Numbered from the stretch's first letter, positions 1 to 9,869 are shown. The stretch: DNA of 64,000 nt from an uncultured delta proteobacterium (GCA_963850305.1 CAWKKR010000007.1:1024001-1088000), one strand, 5' to 3'. Notes: a model not told the origin generated them from the sequence alone. Numbers and translations are program-made.

Positions 1-2
1 AG

Positions 3-167
3 GTCGATTCGAGCTCGACGCGGCAGGTCGGTGGGACCGGACTCGGCCTCTCCATCGTGAAGCGGCTCGTGCAAGGGCACGATGGTCGAGTCCACATCGA
101 GGACAACAAGCCTCAAGGCACGACGTTCGTCGTGACCCTGCCGTGCCGTCGCAGCACCCTGTCGTGA
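3..167 (+). CDS. Sensor histidine kinase, C-terminal HATPase fragment (5' end outside window)
   Basis: Frame 3 reads VDSSSTRQVGGTGLGLSIVKRLVQGHDGRVHIEDNKPQGTTFVVTLP, with the G2 box GTGLGL and the G3 box GTTFxV. Stop TGA at 165-167. Confidence 0.9.
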   Translation, partial: VDSSSTRQVGGTGLGLSIVKRLVQGHDGRVHIEDNKPQGTTFVVTLPCRRSTLS

Positions 168-1159
168 AGCGTTCGCGGAAGCGGTCGGAGCTCCCTCCCG
201 AAGATCGGCTGGTCGAACATCTCGCGCGTTCTTTCGGTTCGGCGTGCGCTCACGAAGGGGTTCTGGTCGGTATTGGCGACGATGCTGCCGTTCTTCGCCA
301 CGGGAAGGGCCGGCTCGTCTGGACAATCGACACGTCTGTCGAGGGGGTGCATTTCGAACGAAGATGGTTGTCGCTCGCGGAAGTCGGCGCCCGTTCGTTT
401 CACGCCGCGGTGAGCGACGTAGCTGCGATGGGGGCGCGCCCGATCGCGGCGCTATCCAACGTCGCCGTTCCGGCCGCGCTCGGCGAGCGCGCGATCCGCG
501 CCATAGCGTCAGGGCAGACGAGGGCATCGAGGGAGCTTGCGTGTCCGGTCGTCGGTGGCAATTCGTGTCGTGCGCGAGAGATCAGCGTCACCACGACGGT
601 TCTCGGCGAGGTGGCGAAGGCCTTGACGCGCGATGGAGCTCGGGCCGGTGACGATATCTGGCTCCATGGCGACGTCGGGCTCGCCGCGGCGGGTTTGCTC
701 TGTTTACGGGAACCGGCGCGTGTGGCTGAGATGGGCCGAGCGTCGCGACGAGCCGTCGCGGCTTGCATCCATGCCTGGCGGCGACCTCAGGCGCTCCTGG
801 CAGAAGGCCGCGCGCTCCGCGGCCGCGCGCACGCCCTCATCGACGTCTCGGACGGACTCGCGACGGACGCGGCGCGCATCGGTCGCGCAAGCGACGTCCG
901 CATCGTACTTGAAGAGACCCTGATTCGTGCCGTACTGCGCCCCGAGCTGATTGCCGTCTCCGACCTGCTGGGAGTCGATGCCCTCACGCTCGCGCTGGCG
1001 GGGGGTGAAGACTACGCACTCATTGCGACCGGTCGCACCAAACCGCTCGCTGGTTTTGCCAGGCGCATCGGGCGTATCGAGAAAGGGCGCGGGCTACGTC
1101 TCGAAATGTCCGGCGGCCGCACGCGACCCGTGCCGCGCGGCTTCGACCACTTCGATTGA
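164..1159 (+). CDS. thiL: Thiamine-monophosphate kinase
   Basis: Motifs GIGDDAA, DTSVEGVHF, SDVAAMGA, IDVSDGL, GGEDY and C-terminal GFDHF. GTG at 164 overlaps the upstream stop (GTGA); the ORF track starts at 143. Confidence 0.93.
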   Translation: MKRSRKRSELPPEDRLVEHLARSFGSACAHEGVLVGIGDDAAVLRHGKGRLVWTIDTSVEGVHFERRWLSLAEVGARSFHAAVSDVAAMGARPIAALSNVAVPAALGERAIRAIASGQTRASRELACPVVGGNSCRAREISVTTTVLGEVAKALTRDGARAGDDIWLHGDVGLAAAGLLCLREPARVAEMGRASRRAVAACIHAWRRPQALLAEGRALRGRAHALIDVSDGLATDAARIGRASDVRIVLEETLIRAVLRPELIAVSDLLGVDALTLALAGGEDYALIATGRTKPLAGFARRIGRIEKGRGLRLEMSGGRTRPVPRGFDHFD

Positions 1160-1177
1160 CGCAGAGCGCCCGCCGAC

Positions 1178-1422
1178 GCTGATGGCGAAGACCGCGGGGT
1201 CAGATCGGCGGGCAAGGCGCGGAGGCGTACGAAGGTACGCCGAGCACCGAGAGCGTCGAGATGGCCCCGTGCTCGAAGCCAGGGGGGAGACGGAGTCAGC
1301 GAAGTGCTGATGGCGAAGACCGCGGGGTCAGATCGGCGGGTAAGGCGCGGAGGCGTACGAAGGTACGCCGAGCACCGAGAGCGTCGAGATGGCCCCGTGC
1401 TCGAAGCCATCAGCACTTCGCT
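1178..1422. repeat. Tandem pair of ~104-bp palindromic REP/MITE-like elements between convergent thiL and nrdJ
   Basis: 1178-1281 and 1306-1409 are near-identical (128-bp period). The second copy is bounded by a 17-bp inverted repeat, AGCGAAGTGCTGATGGC (1298-1314) / GCCATCAGCACTTCGCT (1406-1422). Internal hairpin GGCGTAC-GAAG-GTACGCC. Confidence 0.85.
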
Positions 1423-4400
1423 CAGGAGCAGCCCATGGAGTTGCCGCAGTTCAGACACTTGTAGCAGGCGCCGTTCCGAACCGTGATGTGCCCGCATCCG
1501 TCGCAAACCGGAGCATCGCCCATCATCTCCTCGAGTTGTGCGTCGAGCGCACCGCGCTGGCTCCCGGCGCTGGTCGTCGAAGACGCTTTTTCCTGGAGTC
1601 GGGGCGCCTCAACGGTTCCCGCGGGCTCCTGGAAGCGTGGGGTCATCGGATCATCGATGGCAGCCGTGGGGGCCAAGCTAAAGCTCGTCCCCGTCGATTC
1701 CGCGGGCTGAACCTGTGCGAAGTCGTATCGCTTCAGATATTCGACGCCCAGGACCCGGAAGATGTAATCGACGATGGACGTCGCGAACTTCAGATTCGGA
1801 TGCCCCTCGACCACGCCGTGCGGCTCGAAGCGAGTGAACGTGTATTGCTCGACGTACGTCTCGAGCGGTACGCCGTACTGAAGCCCGATGGATACGGCCA
1901 TGGCGAAACAGTTCATCAGAGAACGAAACGCCGCGCCTTCCTTGTGCATGTCGATGAAGATCTCGCCGAGAGCACCGTCATCGTATTCGCCGGTGCGCAA
2001 GAACACCTTGTGTCCCCCGACACGCGCCTCTTGGGTGAAACCGCGCCGCTTCGTGGGCAATCGAACCCGCCCGCCAGCGGGACGCGCCGAGGTCGCGAGA
2101 GCGGCGCTCGTCCGCGCGGAAGCCTGGCCTTCCTCGGGAGTGGCACTGTCGCCGCTCGACGTGCTGAGCGGCTGTGAAGCCTTGCACCCATCACGGTAGA
2201 GCGCGACGGCCTTCAACCCGAGCCGCCAACCCTCTTCGTAAATCTGGCGGACGTCGTCGGTCGTCGCCTCGTTTGGCAGGTTTACGGTCTTGCTGATGGC
2301 ACCGGAGAGAAACGGCTGCGCAGCGGCCATCATCCGAATGTGGGCCATTGGTGCCAGGAACCGCTTGCCCGTGCGACCGCAGCGGTTCGCGCAATCGAAC
2401 ACGGCTTGGTGATCGTCTCGCAGGTAGGGCGCGCCCTCAATCGTCATGCGACCGATGATCACGTCATTCGCTTCCTCGATCTGAGTTGCCGGGAACCCGA
2501 GGTGCTTCAGGAGCGAGAACCCCGGCTTGGACATCGACGTGGCGCTCACGCCGAGGCGTTCGTACGTTTCTTTGCCGAGCACCCATGGTGCAAACGCGAG
2601 GTGCAAGTCGAACACGCCAGGAATGGCGTCTTCCACCTTTTCGAGATCGTCTTCAGTGAGGCCGGCGGCCTTCAAGGTTCCGCGGTTCACGTGCGGCGCG
2701 CCGAGAAGCGTGTTCGTTCCCGACACGTATGCGACGATCTCTTGCACTTCGGCTTCCGAGTAGCCGAGCTTGCTGAGTGCGTTGGGTACGGACTGATTGA
2801 CGATCTTGAAGTAACCCCCGCCCGCGAGTTTCTTGAATTTTACGAGCGCGAAGTCAGGCTCGATGCCCGTGGTGTCGCAGTCCATCAGGAGGCCAATCGT
2901 GCCAGTCGGCGCGAGGACGGTTGCCTGCGCATTGCGGAAACCGTGGGCCTCGCCCAGGTGGACGACATCGTTCCAATCTTCCACTGCGGCGCGCCACAGT
3001 GCGTCCGGACAGGCGTCTCGATGAATGGCGTACGCCGCTTCCTGGTGCATTCGCATCACGCGAAGCATGGGCTCGCGATTTTTTGCGTAGCCCTCGAACG
3101 GGCCCTTCGATGCGGCAATGAGCGCACTCGTACGGTAGGCGTGCCCGCACAGGATCGCCGTCAAAGCACCGGCGACGGCGCGCCCTTTTTCCGAGTCGTA
3201 CGGAATGCCGAGCAACATGAGCAGTGTTCCGAGGTTCGCGTAGCCGAGTCCGAGCGGACGGTAGTCGTGCGAGTTCTTGGCGATGGGCTGCGTCGGGTAA
3301 GCCGAAAGGTCCACCAAGATCTCCTGGGCCAGGAAGAACACCGCGACTGCGTGACGGTACCCCTCGACGTCGAAAACGCCGTCCGCGCTCAGGAACTTCG
3401 TCAAGTTCAGCGATGCGAGGTTGCACGCTGAGTTGTCGAGGAACATGTACTCGGAGCAAGGATTCGACGCGTTGATGCGCGCGGTGTTCGGGCACGTGTG
3501 CCACCGATTGATCGTCGTGTCGTATTGAAGACCGGGGTCTGCACAGCGCCACGCCGCGTCCGCAATCATGTTCCAGAGATCGCTCGCGTTGTACGTGTCG
3601 ATGACTTCACCCGTCGTGCGCGCGCGTGTCTCCCACTGGCCGCCCGCGAGAGCGAGTTTCATGAAGTCGTCCGTCACTCGAATCGAGTTGTTCGAGTTCT
3701 GGCCGCTGACGGTCTTGTAAGCGTCGCCGTTGAAGTCCGCGTCCATCCCCGAGTCGATCAGGATCTGCGCCTTGCGTTCCTCGCGCACCTTCCACTGGAT
3801 GAAGTCCGCGATCTCGGGATGATCCATGTCCAGGCAGACCATCTTGGCGGCGCGCCGCGTGGTGCCGCCACTCTTCGTCGAACCCGCGGCGCGGTCGAAC
3901 ACCTCGAGGAAGCTCATGAGTCCGCTCGAGGTCCCTCCACCTGAAAGCTTCTCTTGTCGCCCGCGGATGCAGCTGAAGTTCGTCCCAGTGCCCGACCCGT
4001 ACTTGAAGAGGCGCGCCTCGGCCTTCATGAGGTCGTAAATCGACATCAAGTCGTCTTTTGCTTCCTGGATGAAGCATGCCGAGCACTGCGGACGAGCATA
4101 GGCGTTCGCCGTTTCCGTTATCTGGTCGGTCGATGGGCTCCAGGCCCAGTTGCCTCCGGAGCCCTCGATGCCGTACTCGTGGAAGAGTCCGCAGTTGAAC
4201 CATACGGGGGAGTTGAATGCCCCGAACTGGTTTACGAGGAGATAGGAGAGCTCGTCTTCGAACGCGTCGGCGTCTTTCTTCGTCGCGAAGTATCCGCCGA
4301 ACTGCTCGCCCGCCGTACGAATCGTGTGTGCGATGCGCGTCACGACCTGGCGCACGCTCGTCTCGCCCTTCTTGGGATCGCCGTTTATCCCGGCCTTCCT

Positions 4401-4691
4401 GAAATACTTCGAGACGACGATGTCGGTCGCCAGCTGGGACCATCCGGAAGGGATCTCTGCTCCCTCCATCTTGAAGACGACCGAGCCATCGGGATTGTTG
4501 ATGACGCTGCGGCGGCGCTCCCAGACGACCTCGTCGAGCGGTGCAACCCCGGCGGTGCTGTAGCGACGGTCGACGACGATGCCTTTGCGCTTCTTAGCGC
4601 GCTGTTTGGCATCTGCTCCGGTGGCCTGAGACGCTTGTCCCTGAGCACTCTTCATCGATCTGACCTGCCCCACGATCTCTGATTGCGCCAT
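1422..4691 (-). CDS. nrdJ: Vitamin B12-dependent (class II) ribonucleotide reductase
   Basis: Motifs [38 protein letters not shown] and YRDGCK, plus a C-terminal TSCPD-like region and CxxC..CxxC zinc ribbon. ATG at 4691 follows GGAGG. Confidence 0.95.
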   Translation of the reverse strand: MAQSEIVGQVRSMKSAQGQASQATGADAKQRAKKRKGIVVDRRYSTAGVAPLDEVVWERRRSVINNPDGSVVFKMEGAEIPSGWSQLATDIVVSKYFRKAGINGDPKKGETSVRQVVTRIAHTIRTAGEQFGGYFATKKDADAFEDELSYLLVNQFGAFNSPVWFNCGLFHEYGIEGSGGNWAWSPSTDQITETANAYARPQCSACFIQEAKDDLMSIYDLMKAEARLFKYGSGTGTNFSCIRGRQEKLSGGGTSSGLMSFLEVFDRAAGSTKSGGTTRRAAKMVCLDMDHPEIADFIQWKVREERKAQILIDSGMDADFNGDAYKTVSGQNSNNSIRVTDDFMKLALAGGQWETRARTTGEVIDTYNASDLWNMIADAAWRCADPGLQYDTTINRWHTCPNTARINASNPCSEYMFLDNSACNLASLNLTKFLSADGVFDVEGYRHAVAVFFLAQEILVDLSAYPTQPIAKNSHDYRPLGLGYANLGTLLMLLGIPYDSEKGRAVAGALTAILCGHAYRTSALIAASKGPFEGYAKNREPMLRVMRMHQEAAYAIHRDACPDALWRAAVEDWNDVVHLGEAHGFRNAQATVLAPTGTIGLLMDCDTTGIEPDFALVKFKKLAGGGYFKIVNQSVPNALSKLGYSEAEVQEIVAYVSGTNTLLGAPHVNRGTLKAAGLTEDDLEKVEDAIPGVFDLHLAFAPWVLGKETYERLGVSATSMSKPGFSLLKHLGFPATQIEEANDVIIGRMTIEGAPYLRDDHQAVFDCANRCGRTGKRFLAPMAHIRMMAAAQPFLSGAISKTVNLPNEATTDDVRQIYEEGWRLGLKAVALYRDGCKASQPLSTSSGDSATPEEGQASARTSAALATSARPAGGRVRLPTKRRGFTQEARVGGHKVFLRTGEYDDGALGEIFIDMHKEGAAFRSLMNCFAMAVSIGLQYGVPLETYVEQYTFTRFEPHGVVEGHPNLKFATSIVDYIFRVLGVEYLKRYDFAQVQPAESTGTSFSLAPTAAIDDPMTPRFQEPAGTVEAPRLQEKASSTTSAGSQRGALDAQLEEMMGDAPVCDGCGHITVRNGACYKCLNCGNSMGCS

Positions 4692-4974
4692 TTTTCCTGC
4701 CTCCGTCCACAAAAGTGGGGACACACTTCCCCGCTGGAACCCGACGGCCACGCCGCCCTCCGTACACACACCTGGGTCGTTTGGCTGGTCGTGAGACCCG
4801 CCCTGCTTCTTTGCCCGGTGGATGGGGCGCCAAACGGCGCTCCACCTTCGAGACCTGGACTACCCGCGAACTACCCTGACCGACGACTCCGCTTTCTCTG
4901 TCGCGCAGTGATTTCCGATTAACGAAGTGACCTGCTTCGATGATCAGGCGTCAACCGAGCGAGCTGCCTTCGTA

Positions 4975-5021
4975 CCCCAACTTATTGGGCGGCGACAAGA
5001 AAAAACCACTACAGATAGGGA
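4975..5021. promoter_or_regulatory. Tandem NrdR boxes upstream of nrdJ
   Basis: CCCCAACTTATTGGGC (4975-4990) and CCACTACAGATAGGGA (5006-5021) resemble the NrdR consensus acaCwAtATaTwGtgt. They start 31 bp apart, the typical tandem spacing, upstream of an RNR gene. Confidence 0.8.
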
Positions 5022-5193
5022 AGTCCTCACAAACACTGAACAATCCTGCACCGTCTCCACAGGGTCTTCGGCGGCGCCTCGAGCTGAACGCAAGCTCTCC
5101 CCCGAGAGCCCTCAATCTCTCCCGCGGGTAGCCACGGTTTATCCCCAGGAAGCGAGCGTTTCGACCCGCCGCCGGGTGCGAGGGCATAGGAAA

Positions 5194-5268
5194 GGGGGCC
5201 TTGGCTGCCTTGCCCCCGCGGCTCGCTTCGCGACCGCTCCCCCGCCGCCTTCGGCGCGCTCGCTGCGC
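5194..5268. repeat. Dispersed GC-rich REP-like repeat, copy 1
   Basis: GGGGGCCTTGGCTGCCTTGCCCCCGCGGCTCGCTTCGCGACCGCTCCCCCGCCGCCTTCGGCGCGCTCGCTGCGC is nearly the reverse complement of 58174-58248. Confidence 0.85.
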
Positions 5269-5338
5269 TCGCGTAGTTCCGCGGCTCTTTGATCCCTCGG
5301 GGACGACGTGCTCGTCGATGCGGAACTACTAGGAAGCT

Positions 5339-6571
5339 CTACGCCGCATGAGGTTTGATCTCGACTTCGCAGCCGAGGTCGGTCAAGCGGCGGACGAGGC
5401 GTTTGATGGTCTTGCTCTGGTCGCGGCGGTCGAAGTGATGGGGTCCGAGGTCGCGGTAGGGAGTGCCGTCGCGGAGCATGTAGAAGGCGGCGGTGAGCAT
5501 CGATGCGGCGACGGCCAAGATCGCCTTCTTTGCTCCACGGCGGGACTTGAGCCGGAGAAACTGGGCTCGAAGGTAGCTTTCCTTCGTGCGCACCGCGGCC
5601 CAGGCGGATGTGACGAGCGTCGTCTTGAGCCAGTTGGCGCTCTTGCGGACGCGCGTCGAGCGACGCTTGCCGGCGCTCTCGTCGTTGCGGGGGCAGAGGC
5701 CGGCCCAGGACACGAGGTGTCCCGCAGACGGGAAGCGCGACATGTCGACGCCGATCTCCGCCACGATCACGTTCGCGACGATGTCACTCACTCCCGGCAT
5801 CGTCGTCAGGATCTCGGCGTGCGCCCGGATCGGCTCCAGCGCTTTTCCCGCAGCTGCATCGATCTCGGCCAGGGCCCCTTCGAGCGAGCCGATGACGCCG
5901 AGATGCAGCTTCAGCATGGCTCGGTGATGAGGGGTAACCCGCCCGCGCAGCGCTTCGATCAAGTCGGCCCTCTTCTTGCGCGCGGTACCGACCGCGAGAT
6001 CGGCAAGGCGCTCGGGGTCATCTTCTCCGGCGATGAGAGCGGCGAGCATCGCCCGGCCGCTGGTCCCGAGCACGCTGGACAGGACGCTCGCGACCTTGAT
6101 GTTCGAGTCCTCGAGCGTTTTCTGTATGCGCAGCGTGTGCTGGGCGATTTCTCGCACGAGCTGCTTGCGCGTTCGAGTGAGATCGCGCAGCTCCTGGATT
6201 CGCGCAGGAGGCACGAAACTGCTGCGGATCAGCCCGTGCGCGAGCAGATCGGCGATCCACGTCGCGTCGTTCACGTCGGTCTTGCGCCCTGGCACGTTGC
6301 GAATGTGCTGGGCGTTCGCGAGCACGAGTTCGAAGCTCCCTTCGAGCATGTGCCAGACCGGCTTCCAGTACACGCCGGTGGCCTCCATCGCCACGTGGGT
6401 CACGCCGTGCTCCTCGAGCCATTCCGCCAGCTCGAAGAGGCTACGTGTGGTCGTGCCGAACGTTCGGACCTCGCGCCGCGTTGGTTCGCTGACGCAGCGC
6501 ACGCAGGCAACGACGCTATCCTTGTGGACGTCGAGGCCCGCGCAACGGGGATACATGACTTCCATGACCAT
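5339..6571 (-). CDS. IS110-family transposase/recombinase (RuvC-like DEDD domain plus Tnp domain)
   Basis: GLDVHKD, MEATGVYWKP and KTDVNDA supply the DEDD residues; SWAGLCPRNDESAGK is the C-terminal catalytic-Ser region. AGGAGG RBS precedes the start. Confidence 0.97.
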   Translation of the reverse strand: MVMEVMYPRCAGLDVHKDSVVACVRCVSEPTRREVRTFGTTTRSLFELAEWLEEHGVTHVAMEATGVYWKPVWHMLEGSFELVLANAQHIRNVPGRKTDVNDATWIADLLAHGLIRSSFVPPARIQELRDLTRTRKQLVREIAQHTLRIQKTLEDSNIKVASVLSSVLGTSGRAMLAALIAGEDDPERLADLAVGTARKKRADLIEALRGRVTPHHRAMLKLHLGVIGSLEGALAEIDAAAGKALEPIRAHAEILTTMPGVSDIVANVIVAEIGVDMSRFPSAGHLVSWAGLCPRNDESAGKRRSTRVRKSANWLKTTLVTSAWAAVRTKESYLRAQFLRLKSRRGAKKAILAVAASMLTAAFYMLRDGTPYRDLGPHHFDRRDQSKTIKRLVRRLTDLGCEVEIKPHAA

Positions 6572-6584
6572 CTCCTCCTTTCGG

Positions 6585-6815
6585 CGCGTCGAGAGGAGCC
6601 CTCGTCATCGAAGTCTACTAGGCGTGCTCCCGGATCTTTCGACCCGCGGTCACAATTCGGGGTGCTCGCAGGGCTCCGGGTCCATCTACTGAACGGGTTC
6701 TTGGCACCAAGTCACGGCCGACCTCGTTCCCGACGCCGCGGCAGGATACACTCGACTCCACCGTCCACGCGACGACCCGAGCTTCATGCTTCGGGGAAGG
6801 CGCTCTCGCCGATGG
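6585..6815 (-). ncRNA. Putative bridge RNA of the IS110 element (boundaries approximate)
   Basis: Non-coding left end with exact junction copies: CATCTACTGA 6683-6692 = 6817-6826, and CTACTAGG 6615-6622 = 5326-5333. Each lies inside a short stem (ACCCG/CGGGT and GGAGC/GCTCC). Confidence 0.65.
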
Positions 6816-6837
6816 GCATCTACTGAGCCTGCCGAGA

Positions 6838-8442
6838 TCAGGTGCCTTCGACGCGCGGGAGCTCGATGGCGGCTGTCGGATCCTGGGGGATGGTGGTTTT
6901 CGTGACGAACTCGTGTTCGGCGTCGACGATCTTGACCGTGCCGAAATGGCTGAGGGGCTTCCCGAGCCGTGCAGCGTCGCCTGCGACGACGATGAGCGCT
7001 TGGTTCTGTTTGAAATACTGACTCGAAAATTCGAAGACGTTGTTCTTCGTGATGCCGCGAACCGCCTCGCGGTACGTGTCGTAGTAATCGACCGGTAAGT
7101 CGAACACGCCCAGATCGCTCGTGAGGCTCGCGATCGAGGACACCGTGTCGACGCCGACGAGGAACACGTCCGACAGATAGTGCGTCGCGATCTCGACCTC
7201 GTCGTCCGTCGGCGGCGCCTTGCCGATCGCGTCGAAGTGAGAAAGGAGCGCGTCGAGAGTGAGCCCGGCCTTGGCCGTCTGCGTCCCTGCGGACAGGACG
7301 ATCGGCACGGGCCCGTGAGCGAGCGGTTCGACCGTCGAGCGTGTGCTGTACGCGAGCGATTGCTTCTCACGCACATCGAGGAACAAGCGTCCCGCAACGC
7401 CGCCGCCGAGGATCTGGTTCGTCACGCGAAGAGCGGGCCATTCGGGGCTTTTCCGCTCGGGCCCAAGTGTCGCGACGAAGACGTCCGCCTGCGGACTCGC
7501 CGGTCTATCGACGAGGAAAACCACGGGCGCGGGCGGGCGCGGGAGCGGAGGTGCAAAAACCGGCGCGTCGGGCGCATCGCCGGACCACGTCCCGAAGGCG
7601 CGCTTGGCTTCGTCGCTGGCCGTCTTCTCATCCACGTCACCGGCGAGGACGAGGAATGCGTTCTTGGCGGTGAACTGGCGCTTGTGCCAGTCCTTGCAGT
7701 CGGCGAGACGTATCCCATCAATCTCCTTCGCCGTCGCGTCGTACCGCGAGTAGGGGTGCACGCTCGTGGGCAGGTCGAAAAGTTCGCGGTAAAGCACCAT
7801 CGACGCGACCCAGCCCCCGCTGGTGCGGGCGAGGCTCGAGACGCGGTCCATTTCGCGCCGCTTCAGCTTCTGGAATTCGCCGAAGTCGAACCGTGGCTTC
7901 AGCGCGACCGCCGCGAGGATGTCCATCGCTTCCGGGAAGTGGTCCTTCGTGACCGCCATCGTGATGCGTGTGGAGTCGCGATCCGTCGTGACGTCGAGAT
8001 CCGACCCGAGCGACTCGGCCGCGTCGAGGAGCGCACGACTCGGCCACTTGCCGGCACCACCGGCCTTGAGCAACTCGCCCGCGACCGCCGCGAGTCCTGG
8101 CTTCGAACCGTCCGTCGCCGAGCCGCTCCTCACCACCAGCTCGAGCTGTACGAGCGGTAGAGCGTGTCGCTCCACGATTCGCACGAGAAGTCCCTTGTCC
8201 AGGGTCACGTCCTTCACGGCCGGGAACTTCCAGTCGGGGGTCACACCCGGCGGGGGAACGGTGGCGAGCGGATCGGGCGCCGTCGCCGTCGGTGCGACCG
8301 GAGGGACCGCGCTTGCCACCGGCGGGGAAGCAGGTGTCGGCGGCGCTGCCGGCGGCCGCGAGGGCGCTGCCGAACAGCCCGTGAGCATCAACGTTGCGGC
8401 GACCCGTCGAAAGGTCGAGGCGGTCGTGGGCCAGCGTCTCAT
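6838..8442 (-). CDS. M16 family peptidase, non-catalytic subunit, probable lipoprotein
   Basis: Lipobox LTGC, Pro-rich linker, M16 motifs (PGLA, LGGGVAGRLFLDVREKQSLAYS), no HXXEH. Overlaps the stop of its partner gene. Confidence 0.88.
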   Translation of the reverse strand: MRRWPTTASTFRRVAATLMLTGCSAAPSRPPAAPPTPASPPVASAVPPVAPTATAPDPLATVPPPGVTPDWKFPAVKDVTLDKGLLVRIVERHALPLVQLELVVRSGSATDGSKPGLAAVAGELLKAGGAGKWPSRALLDAAESLGSDLDVTTDRDSTRITMAVTKDHFPEAMDILAAVALKPRFDFGEFQKLKRREMDRVSSLARTSGGWVASMVLYRELFDLPTSVHPYSRYDATAKEIDGIRLADCKDWHKRQFTAKNAFLVLAGDVDEKTASDEAKRAFGTWSGDAPDAPVFAPPLPRPPAPVVFLVDRPASPQADVFVATLGPERKSPEWPALRVTNQILGGGVAGRLFLDVREKQSLAYSTRSTVEPLAHGPVPIVLSAGTQTAKAGLTLDALLSHFDAIGKAPPTDDEVEIATHYLSDVFLVGVDTVSSIASLTSDLGVFDLPVDYYDTYREAVRGITKNNVFEFSSQYFKQNQALIVVAGDAARLGKPLSHFGTVKIVDAEHEFVTKTTIPQDPTAAIELPRVEGT

Positions 8443-9869
8443 TTGGTTTTCTCCTTCGCCTTGCCGGAATCAGCCGTGTTCGATGGCTCCACGATCACGG
8501 TGCTCGCCTTGTCCTTCGTCAGGTATTTCCGCACGGCGTCCCTGACTTGCGCGCCCGTGACGGCCTTGAAGCGTGAGACTTCGCGCGAGAGCAGACGCGC
8601 GTCGCCCCAGAACAGCTCGAACTCCCCGAGCTCGGTGGCGCGATGCAGATTGGACTCGAGCCCGAACAGGAACTGCGAGGAGATGCGCGTCTTGGCCTTG
8701 GCGAGCTCCTCCGCGGTCGGGGCCGTGGTTGCCAGACGGGCGATCTCGGAGTCGAGGACCGCATCGACACCCTTTGGCTTCGCGCTGTCGCTGAGCACCG
8801 CCTGAATGACGAAGAAGTCCGGGCCGCGCTGGTCGTTGGTCCAGACGGCCACGTTTTGTGCCTTGGAATCCGTCCGCACCAGGCGCTGGTAAAGCCGCGA
8901 GCTCTCGCCGTCTCCGAGGATGTACGCCGCGACCTCGAGCGCATAGTGCTCCGGTGTCCGATCCGGTGGGATGACCCAGCCCTTCAGCACCGCCGGCGTT
9001 TGCGCGTTCGTATCCGTCACCTCCGCTTGTCGGGGCGCTGTCTGCGGGGGAAGGGGGGGCGGGCCGTAAACCGGTGGCTTCTTCTGGTTCGCGCCGATGC
9101 CGCCGAAGTCCTCGCGCACGAGACGCATGGCCTCGTCCGGGTCGAAATCGCCCGCGATCGTGAGAACGGCATTTTCAGGCGAATAATACTCCTGGTGGAA
9201 GGCCGCGACCTGTCCGAACTTCGCGGCGTCGAGATCCGCCATCGACCCGATCGGGTCGTGCTCGTAGGGAAAGTAACCCTGGAAGGCGAGTGCGCGGAGC
9301 TTGATCAGGCCCTCGGCGTAGGCCTGATTCGAGACGCGCATCCGGTATTCTTCCTCGACCACCGCGCGTTGATTTTCGACGTTGGCGGGCGTGACGGCGA
9401 GGCTCTTCATGCGATCGGCCTCGAGGAACAAGGCGACGGGCAACTCGCTCGAAGGCAGCATCTCGAAGTAGTTCGTGCGATCCGTGCCCGTCGTGCCGTT
9501 CAGGGTTCCGCCGCGCGCGGTGATGAGCTTGAAGTGTTCGCCCTTCGCGACGTGTCCGCTTCCCTGGAACATCATGTGCTCGAACAGGTGCGCGAAGCCG
9601 CTCTTGCCCGGCTCTTCGTTCCGCGAGCCGACGTCGTACGTCACGCAGACCGCGACGTTCGGCGCGTCGTGGTCGACGTTGAGAACGACGCGCAGGCCGT
9701 TCTCCAGCATCACGCGCTGGATGGACAGCGCGAGATCCCCCGTCCCGGAGTCCGATGGTGACGGAACGGCAGCCTTCGCCGACGGGGCTCCGGCAAGCCG
9801 CACCCCCGCGACCATGCCGGCGATGACGGGCGCAAAGAGCCGAGCTTTCGAGCGTGATGGATGCGTCAC
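8439..9869 (-). CDS. M16 family zinc peptidase, catalytic subunit
   Basis: GFAHLFEHMMFQGS (HXXEH), NGTTGTDRTNY, VVEEEYR. Confidence 0.93.
   Translation of the reverse strand: MTHPSRSKARLFAPVIAGMVAGVRLAGAPSAKAAVPSPSDSGTGDLALSIQRVMLENGLRVVLNVDHDAPNVAVCVTYDVGSRNEEPGKSGFAHLFEHMMFQGSGHVAKGEHFKLITARGGTLNGTTGTDRTNYFEMLPSSELPVALFLEADRMKSLAVTPANVENQRAVVEEEYRMRVSNQAYAEGLIKLRALAFQGYFPYEHDPIGSMADLDAAKFGQVAAFHQEYYSPENAVLTIAGDFDPDEAMRLVREDFGGIGANQKKPPVYGPPPLPPQTAPRQAEVTDTNAQTPAVLKGWVIPPDRTPEHYALEVAAYILGDGESSRLYQRLVRTDSKAQNVAVWTNDQRGPDFFVIQAVLSDSAKPKGVDAVLDSEIARLATTAPTAEELAKAKTRISSQFLFGLESNLHRATELGEFELFWGDARLLSREVSRFKAVTGAQVRDAVRKYLTKDKASTVIVEPSNTADSGKAKEKTK

Larger units (their letters stand above)
5326..6824 (-). 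mobile_element. IS110-family insertion sequence, apparently complete
   Basis: IS110 transposase plus a ~250-nt upstream non-coding region. CTACT occurs at both inferred junctions (5326-5330 and 6820-6824). No long terminal inverted repeats. Ends are inferred. Confidence 0.8.

Noticed and set aside
1178..1409. Possible CRISPR array
   Set aside because: Only two ~104-bp units with a 24-bp gap, and no cas genes; this fits a REP/MITE.
1422..4691. Intein or intron in nrdJ
   Set aside because: Length and motif order fit an uninterrupted NrdJ; no splicing motifs were seen.
4692..4970. Cobalamin riboswitch upstream of the B12-dependent RNR
   Set aside because: The conserved B12-box and core motifs were not recognisable.
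5348..6826. 492-aa plus-strand ORF antisense to the transposase
   Set aside because: Shadow ORF typical of high-GC coding DNA, with no recognisable motifs.
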